Positions 27,473 to 36,868 of a stretch of 64,000 nucleotides of DNA are shown piece after piece. The notes beneath the pieces are model-generated. The model worked only from the letters and a program-made list of their open reading frames with translations. It was not told the DNA's origin and did no database searches. The position numbers and the translations under genes were made by a program. How positions within the stretch are numbered: position 1 is the first letter of the stretch; each line of letters begins with the position of its first letter. The DNA is from an uncultured Phycisphaeraceae bacterium (GTDB taxonomy: Bacteria > Planctomycetota > Phycisphaerae > UBA1845): NCBI GenBank assembly GCA_964574815.1, contig CAZNPL010000025.1, positions 12,054 to 76,053 on the forward strand, read 5' to 3'.

Positions 27473-29764
27473 TTAGTATGGCGGCGCACTCCCCGGCGCC
27501 GGATCTTCCAGGCAGGGATTCGGCGTGCAACTCGATACTCCCGGCAGATACACGCCGCCTGCATCCAGACACGACATTACCCCCGGCGCGATTGTGCACG
27601 TGTCCAGCAATGCGCCGGTGCAACACGCGTTATCTCCACAACAGGGATCTATCCCACTGATCGCGTCAAGCACCGCAATCACGTCAAAGAGATTCGCGAC
27701 ATCGTTTCCTTCGCACGGGTGAATGTCTGCCTGATCGGGCGTGCAAGAGCCTTGAAAGCCTCCTATGAGATCTAAGATACGAAATATGTCGAATAGCCCT
27801 CTGACTCCGTCCTCGCTGACATCGCCATAAATCCGCGTTGTGTGCGCACAGCCGTCGGGGCCCGGAAAATCAGTGGTGCAAACGTTCTCGTCGTTGCAGC
27901 CCACGAACAGCGCCAGGCTGTGACCGCCGCCACCCGATACCACCGAAAAGCCCGAGTAAGGCTCCGGCACGTTGCACTGCCCGTCAGAGTTGTCGCCCCA
28001 GGCCACGTACAAACGGTTCGCCTTGGTGGCCAGGCTGTGGTAGCGACCCGCGCCGATGACCACGAAATCTCCGTTCGGCGCCGGCACGTCGCATTGCCCC
28101 GAGTCGTTTCGACCCCACGCCACGATGGTGCGATCGGCCTTGAGCCCCAGGCTGTGCTCGCCGCCCGCCGCGATCGCCGTGAAGTCCGCGTTCGGCGCCG
28201 GCACGTCGCACTGACCGTACGTGTTGTCACCCCACGTGACGATCGAGCCGTCGGATTTCAATCCCAGGCTGTGGGCATCGCCGCCCGCGATGGCCATGAA
28301 GTCGCTGTTGGGTGCGGGGACGTCGGTTTGCCCGGAAGCGTTGTCACCCCACGAAACAACAGACGTATCCGCTTTGAGTCCAAGACTGTGATTGGCCCCC
28401 GCCGCAACCGCGGTGAAATCGCCGTTGGGCGCCGGTACGTCGCCCTGACCGTAAGCGTTGCTGCCCCACGTAACGATTGACGCATCGGCCTTGAGCCCCA
28501 GACTGTGAGCATCGCCCGCCGCGATGGCCGTGAAGTCCGCATTCGGCGCCGGCACGTCGCACTGACCGTCGCTGTTGCTGCCCCATGCCACGACCGACCC
28601 CTCGACTTTGAGCCCCAGGCTGTGGTCGCCACCTGCCGCGGCGGCGGTATGATCGGCCGGTTGCGGAGGCACTGCGCATTGTGAAGTATTGTAGCCATTG
28701 CATCCCCAGGCAACGATGGTTCCGTAGGTCTTTACCCCCAGACTGTGCCCGTCGCCCCCCGCGATCGCCATGTAGTTCGAATTCGGCTCCTTCACATCAC
28801 ACTGACCGCGCTCGTTGGCCCCCCACGCCACGATCGAGCCGTCGGACTTCAGGCCGAGGCTGTGGCCTACGCCCGCGGCTATCGCCACAAAGTCGCCATT
28901 GGGTGCCGGCACGTCGCATCGACCGTCGCTGTTGTAACCCCACGCGACGATCGAGCCGTCGGACTTCAAACCCAGGCCGTGGTATCCGCCACCCGCGACG
29001 CTCACGAAGTTGGCATTGGGCTCAGGCACGTCGCATTGACCCACGGAGTTGTCACCCCACGCTACGATCGAGCCGTCGGACTTTAGAGCCAGACTGTGGT
29101 ATGCGCCTCCCGCAATCGCCACAAAGTCACCATTGGGTGCCGGCACGTCGCATTGACCGTCGCTGTTGGCACCCCATGCGACGACCGAGCCGTCGGACTT
29201 CAAACCCAGACTGTGGTATCCGCCCCCCGCGACGCTCACGAAGTTGGCATTGGGCTCGGGCACGTCGCATTGACCGCGCTCGTTGTCACCCCACGCTACG
29301 ATCGAGCCGTCAACCTTCAACCCAATACTATGTCTGTAGCCCGCACCGATGCCGACGAAATCGGCATTGGGCTCAGGGACATAGGTTGCACCATAATTAT
29401 TAATTCCCCACGCCACGATCATCCCGCCGATTGTCAACCCAAGACTGTGGTGCTGCCCGGCTGCAACGGCCGTTGCGTAGGTTCCCGGCGCGGCGCTTTG
29501 CAGATGGTCGTTCCGACCCCGCGCCACGATCGCCCCGCTTTCTGCGGGCGGGTAATCTCGACTGACGACCACATCCTCCAGGGATTGAACACTGCTCCAG
29601 GCTGCGTCGCCGGGGGCCGGCGTGGCTTCGCCGTGCTCCACGCGCACGCCGCCGCGCTGACGCTTCTGCAACTCGCCCGTCCCGCCAGCTTGACCGAAGG
29701 CTGAATCCGCAGCCACCCAACCCAATACCGCGGCAAATGTAGAGAACAAACCCATCCTGTGCAT
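27473..29764 (-). CDS. Secreted RCC1-repeat (beta-propeller) protein with a C-terminal Cys-rich dockerin-like module.
   Basis: Likely start MHRMGLFSTFAAVLGWVAADSAFG (signal peptide, GGGAGG RBS). At least 12 repeats of about 50 aa of the type GxxHSLGLKSDGSIVAWGxNxxGQCDVPxPN. The C-terminus YGDVSEDG...DIHPCEGN...DPCCG matches the tail of the gene at 36869..38371. The track ORF extends spuriously to 30088. Confidence 0.7.
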   Translation of the reverse strand: MHRMGLFSTFAAVLGWVAADSAFGQAGGTGELQKRQRGGVRVEHGEATPAPGDAAWSSVQSLEDVVVSRDYPPAESGAIVARGRNDHLQSAAPGTYATAVAAGQHHSLGLTIGGMIVAWGINNYGATYVPEPNADFVGIGAGYRHSIGLKVDGSIVAWGDNERGQCDVPEPNANFVSVAGGGYHSLGLKSDGSVVAWGANSDGQCDVPAPNGDFVAIAGGAYHSLALKSDGSIVAWGDNSVGQCDVPEPNANFVSVAGGGYHGLGLKSDGSIVAWGYNSDGRCDVPAPNGDFVAIAAGVGHSLGLKSDGSIVAWGANERGQCDVKEPNSNYMAIAGGDGHSLGVKTYGTIVAWGCNGYNTSQCAVPPQPADHTAAAAGGDHSLGLKVEGSVVAWGSNSDGQCDVPAPNADFTAIAAGDAHSLGLKADASIVTWGSNAYGQGDVPAPNGDFTAVAAGANHSLGLKADTSVVSWGDNASGQTDVPAPNSDFMAIAGGDAHSLGLKSDGSIVTWGDNTYGQCDVPAPNADFTAIAAGGEHSLGLKADRTIVAWGRNDSGQCDVPAPNGDFVVIGAGRYHSLATKANRLYVAWGDNSDGQCNVPEPYSGFSVVSGGGGHSLALFVGCNDENVCTTDFPGPDGCAHTTRIYGDVSEDGVRGLFDIFRILDLIGGFQGSCTPDQADIHPCEGNDVANLFDVIAVLDAISGIDPCCGDNACCTGALLDTCTIAPGVMSCLDAGGVYLPGVSSCTPNPCLEDPAPGSAPPY
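27950..29450. repeat. Nucleotide-level tandem repeats (about 150-nt period) encoding the RCC1 blades.
   Basis: The ORF track shows many parallel similar ORFs on both strands. Repeated strings include gccacgatcgagccgtcggacttcaaacccag and ggcacgtcgcattgaccg. Confidence 0.6.
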
Positions 29765-30362
29765 GGCAAGACCTCCCTTATCTAGACCGCGCTTGGCGAA
29801 CGACGATCGCCCCGCGACGGCGAACCGCGCAGTCCGCCATTCTGTTGCGACTTGCTCGTGATCGTGTGAAGTGACGTCCAGTGGTCTCGATCCGCCCCGC
29901 TTTGCGGTAACCGCTGATCGTCGTGCAAAGGCCGGACATGATACACCCGAAGTCGGCCATTCCTGGCAACTTCCATCCCCGCTCGGCCCGTCAAATACTG
30001 TACCGCAGGTAAGGATGCGCACACAAGCGCCGATTTGGCCCCGGCGGGTCTTTTGCCGCGTGAGACGGTGCCCGCGTCCGAGTGCCACGACCGGTCTGTC
30101 AGCCCGTGAGGCTCGGCTGCTGCTTCAGCCCTTATGCGCCGGCATGACCCCACGACCGCCGCCATCGACTACGCCTCACGTGGGGTCGGGGGCGTCGAGC
30201 ACCGGGGCCAACCGGTCCCGACAGCGGTGCCGCCGCCACCGCGACCCGACAGCGAAAACACAAACTCCTCGCACCCGCCTCGGGGTGCAACGGCAAGCCA
30301 GGGCCCTCTACGAAGCCGCCTGACTCCATTTTCACTTCAAAAAGGGGCGGATCCGGGCCTCC

Positions 30363-30412
30363 TGAAAAGATTACTTGACAGGTCTGCAAAAATGTATTAG
30401 TATACTAGTACA
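30363..30412 (+). promoter_or_regulatory. AT-rich sigma70-like promoter with an overlapping GntR-type operator palindrome upstream of the GntR operon.
   Basis: TTGACA (30365-30370) - 17 nt - TAGTAT. The perfect 10-bp palindrome TAGTATACTA (30388-30397) has a GT-N-AC core typical of GntR-family operators. The local GC dip is striking in this genome. Confidence 0.45.
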
Positions 30413-30532
30413 ATATTGAACTAGAACAGTAGGTTCCTCTGGTGGTGCCGCCGACGGGGCCTGTCTGGCTGTCAAGAATGGCGAGATCGGCTTCTGAGGC
30501 GAGCGTGTTCAGCAAGTTGCGGAGCCACTACG

Positions 30533-30919
30533 TTGACGATTCGATTCGATCTTGACCCCAACAGCGGTGTGCCGTTCTACCGCCAGATCATCGACCAGAT
30601 CCAGTTCGCGATCGCCGATGGCCGGCTCGGCTGCGGCGACCGCCTGCCGACGGTACGGCAGCTCGCGGTCGATCTGAAGATCAACCCCAACACGGTGGCG
30701 CGGGCCTACCAGGAGCTGGAGATCAGAGGCATTGTCGACACCCAGATGGGAACCGGAACGTTCATCGGGAGCGGGAAGGTCGAAATCTCGGATATCGATC
30801 GAAAGCGAATGCTCGACCAGATCTGCACCGAACTCCTGTCCCGGGCATCGACCTACGGATTCACGCTGTCGGAAGTGATCAGCGCCCTGAAAGATCGAGA
30901 GGAAACGCCGGGCCAATGA
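30533..30919 (+). CDS. GntR-family transcriptional regulator (short YhcF-like subtype).
   Basis: wHTH block LPTVRQLAVDLKINPNTVARAYQELEIRGIV. 128 aa. TTG start. Confidence 0.7.
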   Translation: MTIRFDLDPNSGVPFYRQIIDQIQFAIADGRLGCGDRLPTVRQLAVDLKINPNTVARAYQELEIRGIVDTQMGTGTFIGSGKVEISDIDRKRMLDQICTELLSRASTYGFTLSEVISALKDREETPGQ

Positions 30920-31428
30920 TCACAAGGTGCGGACAATCCGGAGCGTCACGTTGCTTTACGCGATCGCTACGGCAGGCGAGCGGGCCAATCGCCCTGGCGC
31001 TGCTCCTGGCGTCGGCGGGCGTGACCGTATGGGTGGGATTGATCGGGGCGGTCGAGGGTGCGGCCCATCGAGATCTGTTTCATACCGTCCACCCCCGTAC
31101 GGTCACGGGTGCCACTTGCGGCATCGCATCGCCGAGACGCGACGCTGCGGCTCCCAATGAGCAGGCGCCAGGTGCCGAGCGCGAACCAGCCCCGGTTGTA
31201 AACCGGCAGGATTACTCGCTTCGTTTCACGGGGCCTGACGGCACAGCAATCGCCTCGGTTGAATGGACTTCTCTGCGAACATCGAGCGGGCCAACAAATA
31301 CAGACACGGACGCCCCGCCTGTGACAGCCCACAACGGTTTTCAGACCATCGCGCTGGCCCTCTTGCCGGCCTGGGCGCTCTTGCGGCGGGGCAAGCAGCG
31401 CGCCAATTCGAGGAGGTCAGAGTCATGA
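30916..31428 (+). CDS. Hypothetical membrane protein (operon partner of the GntR and SPFH genes).
   Basis: Start overlaps the GntR stop by 4 nt. One N-terminal and one C-terminal hydrophobic helix. No domain recognised. Confidence 0.4.
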   Translation: MITRCGQSGASRCFTRSLRQASGPIALALLLASAGVTVWVGLIGAVEGAAHRDLFHTVHPRTVTGATCGIASPRRDAAAPNEQAPGAEREPAPVVNRQDYSLRFTGPDGTAIASVEWTSLRTSSGPTNTDTDAPPVTAHNGFQTIALALLPAWALLRRGKQRANSRRSES

Positions 31429-31434
31429 CAGAGA

Positions 31435-32576
31435 AACAGCCACGTTCGTCGAGATTCTCTTTGGTTTCGCTGGGGCCGCTGGAGATGTTCGCGGCCGGTA
31501 TGCGCGCGGACTACCGCTTCGCACCGCTCAACTCGCTGCTGATGCTCGTCGTGATGTTGATCGGACTGGTGGTGCATGTCGTGCTTTATGATTTCGGCAT
31601 CACGGCGGTGATCTACGCGATCGGTGCCGGTCTGGTGCTGGCGGGGACGTTTCGGGCGTTTCAGATTTGGGAATGCGTGGTGGTCTTTGGCGCGCTGGTC
31701 GCGCTGGCGGGCTACCTCTGGTTCAATCAGCAGGGGATCCCCCCGCGCGTTCTGGTGGTGTCGACGGTGCTGGCCGCCGTCATCGCGCCGAGCGTGCAGA
31801 TCGCGTACCAGTGGGAACGCGCAGTGCTGCTGCGCTTCGGCAAGTTCCAAGGGATTCGAGGATCGGGCTTGTTTGTCGTGCTGCCAGTCATGGACAAAGT
31901 GGCCCAGTTCGTCGACCAGCGGATCCGTGCGACCGACTTCAGTGCCGAGACGACACTGACCAAGGACACCGTCCCGGTGAGCGTCGACGCCATCGCGTTC
32001 TGGATGGTGTGGGACGCGGAGAAGGCGGTACTCGAGGTCGAGGATTTCAACTCGGCCGTCATCCTGTCCGCCCAGACGGCGCTGCGGGACGCGATCGGCC
32101 GAAGCGAACTGGCCGAGCTGCTGTCCCACCGGGAGCGCCTGGGCAACGAGATACAGCAGGTGCTGGACAACAAGACGAACCCGTGGGGCATCACCGCCCA
32201 GTCGGTCGAGATTCGCGACATCATTATTCCCAAGGGTCTGGAGGATGCCATGAGCAAGCAGGCCCAGGCCGAGCGGGAGCGTCAGTCGCGGATCATCCTC
32301 GGCACGGCCGAAACGGAGATCGCCGAGAAGTTCGCCAAGGCGTCGGATGCATACCGCGATAACCCGGTGGCTCTGCACCTTCGGGCCATGAACATGGTCT
32401 TCGAGGGCCTCAAGCAAAAGGGATCCATGGTCATAGTACCCTCAACAGCCGTAGAGACGATGGGCCTCGGCGCCCTGGGCGGCCTGACGGCGCTGGGTGG
32501 CGGAGTACATACGAAGGACCCAAAGCACGCAGGTGCAACCGCGCCGGACGACGCAGGCACACAGGAACCGGCCTGA
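31435..32576 (+). CDS. SPFH/band-7 (stomatin/prohibitin-like) membrane protein.
   Basis: AGGAGG RBS; N-terminal TM helices then an SPFH core (VLLRFGKFQGIRGSGLFVVLPVMDKV...ITAQSVEIRDIIIP) and a coiled-coil tail. ATG inside track ORF 31263..32576. Confidence 0.75.
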
Positions 32577-32672
32577 GGCAAGCAGGCCCCGGGCCAAAGG
32601 CACATAACAACAAGAGCATCAATAATCGCGGTCACACGGCTCTTAGGCGAATCGATGGTCCCGGGACTGCAT

Positions 32673-34367
32673 TCACTCGACTTGGCCGTTTCGATCGATG
32701 CGTATAAGCATATGGTCGGCAGGCAGCGGACTGAATGACGAAGGCTCCTGCCGTGCATTCTTCAACTCCGGATCGAACACGAAACGGAATGCCGAGCCAT
32801 CGAACGCGACGACGCCAAGCCGCATGAGACCGGCCGGCCCCGGACAGGTGAGCCACGAATGCTCCTCCGGAATGACAGTCAAGAGGCTCGAATCAACGTC
32901 GAACAAGACGTACACGTCGTGACGTCCCGGGGCGTTCGCACCCGGCTCGAACGGCGGACTCTGCCCGATCCACGGAGGATCATCGGCTAGAATCGTGCGC
33001 CCCCGCAGAATCAAGAGCCCGTCGTGGAACGTATTCGTCTCGGAATGACGAGGGAACAACCCGGCGTCAATTCCAAACGCCCGATTGTTCAGTACGTTGC
33101 AGACGAGATCCTGATGCCCGTCATCCGCATCCAGATCACACACCCCGCAGCGCGCGAAGTGTCCGCAATTCCAGAAGGTCGCCAGATGATCCCCCTCCAA
33201 GCTCAGGACGCTCAGTCGGCCCGGATAGCTCTGATTGTGGTTGGCCAAGACGATGATTTCGTCATCGCCATCTCCGTTCAGATCCTCCAACAACACACGC
33301 TGAGGCAGAATGAGATTCGGCGAGTGCCCTTTCAGGGAGCCACGATAAACGCAACCGCGCGACAGACTCCATCGCCAGATTTCTTGTTCGCTGTCGTCAA
33401 ACATGATCACAAAACTGGGTGCCTCCGCACTGCCACGCGTCGTCACCAGAACTCTGCGTACTCCGTCGCGCAGGGTGAGGAGGGTCGCGCACTCCTGCCC
33501 TTCGCAACGACCGGGAAGCCTCCCTCGCCAGAGCGTGTGCTGCCAGCGATTCAGCGCGAAAACCTCGGCACCTTTACCCCCTTCCACGCGATCAATCGGG
33601 CCGATCGGCATGATCTCGCCCCAGATAGGGAACGAGACAATCAACGCAAGAAGCGGCACGATGAACGCGGCGACGCGCCACCGGCGACGGCGAGTCCTGA
33701 TCCTGTTCAGAGTGTGACTTGTCCAGCCCGGACCGAAGGCCGCCTCCAGCGCCTCGTCAAGCGATCGAAGCGGCCGCACCTCCACCGTGGAGCCGCCTTG
33801 TACAACTTGCAAGGACCGCCCATCTTCTGACACATCCTCGCCGCCACGAATATCAGAGGCGTTCTCAGCCGGCACCAGGAAAACGGCAGACTCTCCCTCG
33901 TCTATGCCCCGTACAACGCACGCCAATTTCGCGTCCACACCGCGGACCGGCTCGATTGCACCGTCCCCACGCAACTCGCCCGTCGCGTAAAGCCGGTCGC
34001 CACTCAAATGGCTCGCCAGGCTTCCGGTCTTCCGCAGCTTATCGGCACACACCGCGTACATGGCCAGGTATGCCGGAAGCTGAAGTGAGGCCCCCGCATA
34101 ACGGCTCCGCTCGCTCGCCAGTGTCTGGACGGTGAGCCCGAGTTTGCGGCGCTGCGGGATCGTATTGAGAATCGGGTGATTTCCGAACGCGGCCGCTACG
34201 ATCGGGTCAACGTGCCCGCCGCTCGACATCCAGCGGACCTTCAATCGCGCGACCGTGGCATGCGGCGGCGCATCTCCGGGCGTGCCACCGTCAGGCACAA
34301 AAAGCAGCGGAACATCGACCTCGTACGCACTGCCTGTCCGCGCATGAACCCACCAGAACATGCACAC
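32673..34367 (-). CDS. Membrane protein with an N-terminal Lon-protease (S16) C-terminal-domain-like region, one TM helix, and C-terminal FG-GAP-like repeats.
   Basis: AGASLQLPAYLAMYAV...YATGELRGDGAIEPVRGVDAKL resembles the Lon catalytic region (GPSAG...TGEITLRGRVLPIGGLKEK), with candidate Ser and Lys retained. TM helix WRVAAFIVPLLALIVSFPIWG. DLNGDGDDEIIV and CDLDADDGHQDLVC resemble FG-GAP/VCBS calcium loops. All by eye. Confidence 0.45.
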   Translation of the reverse strand: MCMFWWVHARTGSAYEVDVPLLFVPDGGTPGDAPPHATVARLKVRWMSSGGHVDPIVAAAFGNHPILNTIPQRRKLGLTVQTLASERSRYAGASLQLPAYLAMYAVCADKLRKTGSLASHLSGDRLYATGELRGDGAIEPVRGVDAKLACVVRGIDEGESAVFLVPAENASDIRGGEDVSEDGRSLQVVQGGSTVEVRPLRSLDEALEAAFGPGWTSHTLNRIRTRRRRWRVAAFIVPLLALIVSFPIWGEIMPIGPIDRVEGGKGAEVFALNRWQHTLWRGRLPGRCEGQECATLLTLRDGVRRVLVTTRGSAEAPSFVIMFDDSEQEIWRWSLSRGCVYRGSLKGHSPNLILPQRVLLEDLNGDGDDEIIVLANHNQSYPGRLSVLSLEGDHLATFWNCGHFARCGVCDLDADDGHQDLVCNVLNNRAFGIDAGLFPRHSETNTFHDGLLILRGRTILADDPPWIGQSPPFEPGANAPGRHDVYVLFDVDSSLLTVIPEEHSWLTCPGPAGLMRLGVVAFDGSAFRFVFDPELKNARQEPSSFSPLPADHMLIRIDRNGQVE

Positions 34368-34483
34368 CTAATTAGCCGTGGACGCGTGCAGATGTCAATC
34401 CCGCGCCGTATGCACCGCGCAACGCTTGATGCAATCCTCGCGTCGGAGGCTTTTGACGGAGTCGCGCCGGCAGAGAGCGCTCT

Positions 34484-35740
34484 TTACAACCGTTTCGCCA
34501 GACCACGGACGTCGTCGTCGATCCAGCCCTTCGACAAGACGGCCCGGGCGAATCGACGCGGTGCCCGGATGAAGCCACGGTGCCAGGACATCAAACGCCG
34601 AAGGTAGTCATTCGCCCGCCATCGCTGCGAGGCCGGTGACAGTTCCTCCGGAAGCGCCTGCACGAACGCGTCCCCGTCGCCGGTATGATGAAGCCGCTCG
34701 ACAAGCTCCGAGAGCGGGTCTCCCGCCACATCTGCCGGCCGGAAACGTCCGATCGGAACCAGCTTCTGATCCTCGTCGAAGGTGAGGTGGACGGACCGGT
34801 TGACCAAAGCGGCCAGGGAGACTCGCGAGTTATGCAACACAATGCCGTCTTCAAAGCATGGAGCGATGAATGCCCGAAGAGACGTGTCTGCCAACTGTTC
34901 CAGAACGAATTCACAGGAAGGCGGGTCGACGCAGTGCAACTTTGGATCGAACGAGAAAGCCCTCAGCGCCTCGGCCGCACCCGAGCAACATACCAGCACA
35001 TGACTGTCAACAAGTTGGAGCGTCAGGCGGTCAATCCTGTCGAGCCCGGCTGCAGGCGCGTGCCGGGTGACGTCGACGTATGAGACTGCCGCGAGGTGCT
35101 GCCGCGTATGGTTGTCGGCCGCGGCCATTTTCAGAGAAGCGGCGCGCAGCATGCACGGATCCAGCGACACGACGGACGTCGCGTACTCTTCCGGCGCTGC
35201 TGCCGTCGGCTCTTCAAACGCGTTGGTCAGGGTCCGTTCCAGCTCGACGTGGTGCCGCAGCGCCGCCAACCATGGAAATCTCTCCTCGAGTCGACGGATC
35301 TGCGTGTCCGGCGAGTCATCCCATGGATCAACCATGATCCGATGGCACAGATAAGCGATTTCGATGATCTCGTCATCGTCAACCCGATCGCGTTGATCGC
35401 CCATTTCATGCGGGCCTGCACCGCGCAGCACGTGGGTCCAGACCGTGTTGATATCGCGCCAGTTTTCGTGCGGTTGTGCCTCCAACAGGTCCATTACTTG
35501 ATCCACGTCGATGAACGACGAACCCATGGCATGGGCCAGACCCTCAATGGTCCCCGCATCCAAACCGTCGCATTCCCGCAGCCACAACCTCGTCAGCAGA
35601 ACCGAGATCACCCACGGCCGATCCGACGGGTCGTCAAGGAGCGCGCGAACGGCACGGAGCGTCTTCTCCGCAAGAGCTCCCTGCCCACACACCAACTGGC
35701 TTAGCGCTTCGTAGCGGAGTTGGTCCGAAATCGCAGTCAT
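34484..35740 (-). CDS. Hypothetical soluble protein, translationally coupled to the ECF sigma factor (candidate cognate anti-sigma or regulator).
   Basis: ATG overlaps the sigma gene stop (ATGA). About 418 aa with no TM and no recognised motif. The track ORF extends to 35875 in another part of the frame. Confidence 0.4.
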   Translation of the reverse strand: MTAISDQLRYEALSQLVCGQGALAEKTLRAVRALLDDPSDRPWVISVLLTRLWLRECDGLDAGTIEGLAHAMGSSFIDVDQVMDLLEAQPHENWRDINTVWTHVLRGAGPHEMGDQRDRVDDDEIIEIAYLCHRIMVDPWDDSPDTQIRRLEERFPWLAALRHHVELERTLTNAFEEPTAAAPEEYATSVVSLDPCMLRAASLKMAAADNHTRQHLAAVSYVDVTRHAPAAGLDRIDRLTLQLVDSHVLVCCSGAAEALRAFSFDPKLHCVDPPSCEFVLEQLADTSLRAFIAPCFEDGIVLHNSRVSLAALVNRSVHLTFDEDQKLVPIGRFRPADVAGDPLSELVERLHHTGDGDAFVQALPEELSPASQRWRANDYLRRLMSWHRGFIRAPRRFARAVLSKGWIDDDVRGLAKRL

Positions 35741-36345
35741 GGTCCGCTCACCCCTTGCCAGCCCTGCCCCAGAGCCACGGCGAGTTGCTGACGCGCTTGC
35801 ATCAGCCTCTTCTTGACCAGTGGCACCGACAACGCAAACTCCTCCGCGATCTCGCTGACGGTCCTTCCATCCCAATACCTGCGGCGGAGCATCCCACGCA
35901 ACTGCTCCGGCAGAAGAGCCAACGCACTGCGGACCACTGCACGCCTTTCTGCTTCAATGAGAACCTCCAGCGGACTGCAACGCCGATCAGCCGGCTCCAA
36001 GGAGACGCTTCGCCCTCTCTCCTCATCCTCTAACGCCGCCCGAAGAGCGGCCGGCCGGTTCCGGCGCCATTCACTAATCACCTCGTTGCGAACGATCCGG
36101 CGAAGATACCCCGCAAGCTTGCCGTCACGCGCGGCATCGCAACGATCGGCTCGCTCCACAATCTTGGTGAACGCAATCTGGCAGAGTTCCTCGGCGCGGT
36201 CCGTCCGGCGGCCGACAAACCGCAGCGCAAAGCGCCGCAGCCATTCCGAGTGCTGCTCATGAATCCGTGTGAACGTTTCCCTGTCGGCCTTGGCCACTGA
36301 GAAATCAATCTCCACGTCCGCGGCGTCTCTTATCTGCCCCGACAC
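35737..36345 (-). CDS. ECF-type RNA polymerase sigma factor (sigma-70 regions 2 and 4).
   Basis: Region 2 (FTRIHEQHSEWLRRFALRFVG...AEELCQIAFTKI) and region 4 (LPEQLRGMLRRRYWDGRTVSEIAEEFALSVPLVKKRLMQARQQL). Confidence 0.75.
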   Translation of the reverse strand: MSGQIRDAADVEIDFSVAKADRETFTRIHEQHSEWLRRFALRFVGRRTDRAEELCQIAFTKIVERADRCDAARDGKLAGYLRRIVRNEVISEWRRNRPAALRAALEDEERGRSVSLEPADRRCSPLEVLIEAERRAVVRSALALLPEQLRGMLRRRYWDGRTVSEIAEEFALSVPLVKKRLMQARQQLAVALGQGWQGVSGP

Positions 36346-36868
36346 AGTCCGACACCTTGATCCCTCTATCCATAATTACGCAAGAACCACGGCGTCGTTA
36401 CGGGAAAACTGCCACTCCGCCCACAATAAAAAGCCCACTTCCGCCTGCAAGTCCAGGCCCGATTCCACGACCCCCTCCACTCCCGAACGCTTGTCAACCC
36501 CGAGAAGCGCGTCGTCGGAAGGGATCCGACCACACCGCCTACGCGGAGGCCGTCGGCGGCGCCCATTTTGACCAACGAACGTCCCCTCCATGCGCGCACC
36601 CGGCCGCAAAAAGTTCTGACTCTTAACGTAACCGTTCCGACAACTCTGCGTACAGGGGAGTAGGCAGGAACCGTTTGGCCCACAGTAACATGTGAGCGAC
36701 TCGATGACAGTCGTGGAGAGCGACCAATGAAATGGACGCTGCCTGTTAGTGCACTTCTTGCGGCCGGCCTGACGCCGAACGCGACCGCAAGCGGTTTCTT
36801 GCACAAGCGGGCGTGCGCTTGGCGAGGACATGCAACCTTATTGGCGATCACGAGATGGAGGAATTACC

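Noticed and set aside
27950-29450. Highly regular direct repeats first suspected as a CRISPR array.
   Set aside because: The period (about 150 nt) and the content are protein-coding RCC1 blades inside one long ORF. There are no spacer-like unique segments and no cas genes.
29765-30088. 108-aa N-terminal extension of the RCC1-protein ORF.
   Set aside because: An internal Met (MHRMGLFSTFAAVLG...) with GGGAGG RBS begins a typical signal peptide. The upstream extension is Arg-rich noise.
36640-36700. ECF-type promoter (GGAAC ... -10) upstream of the lectin gene.
   Set aside because: Only the -35-like GGAAC is visible, and no convincing CGTC-type -10 sits at the correct spacing. Mentioned within the lectin finding but not annotated as a feature.
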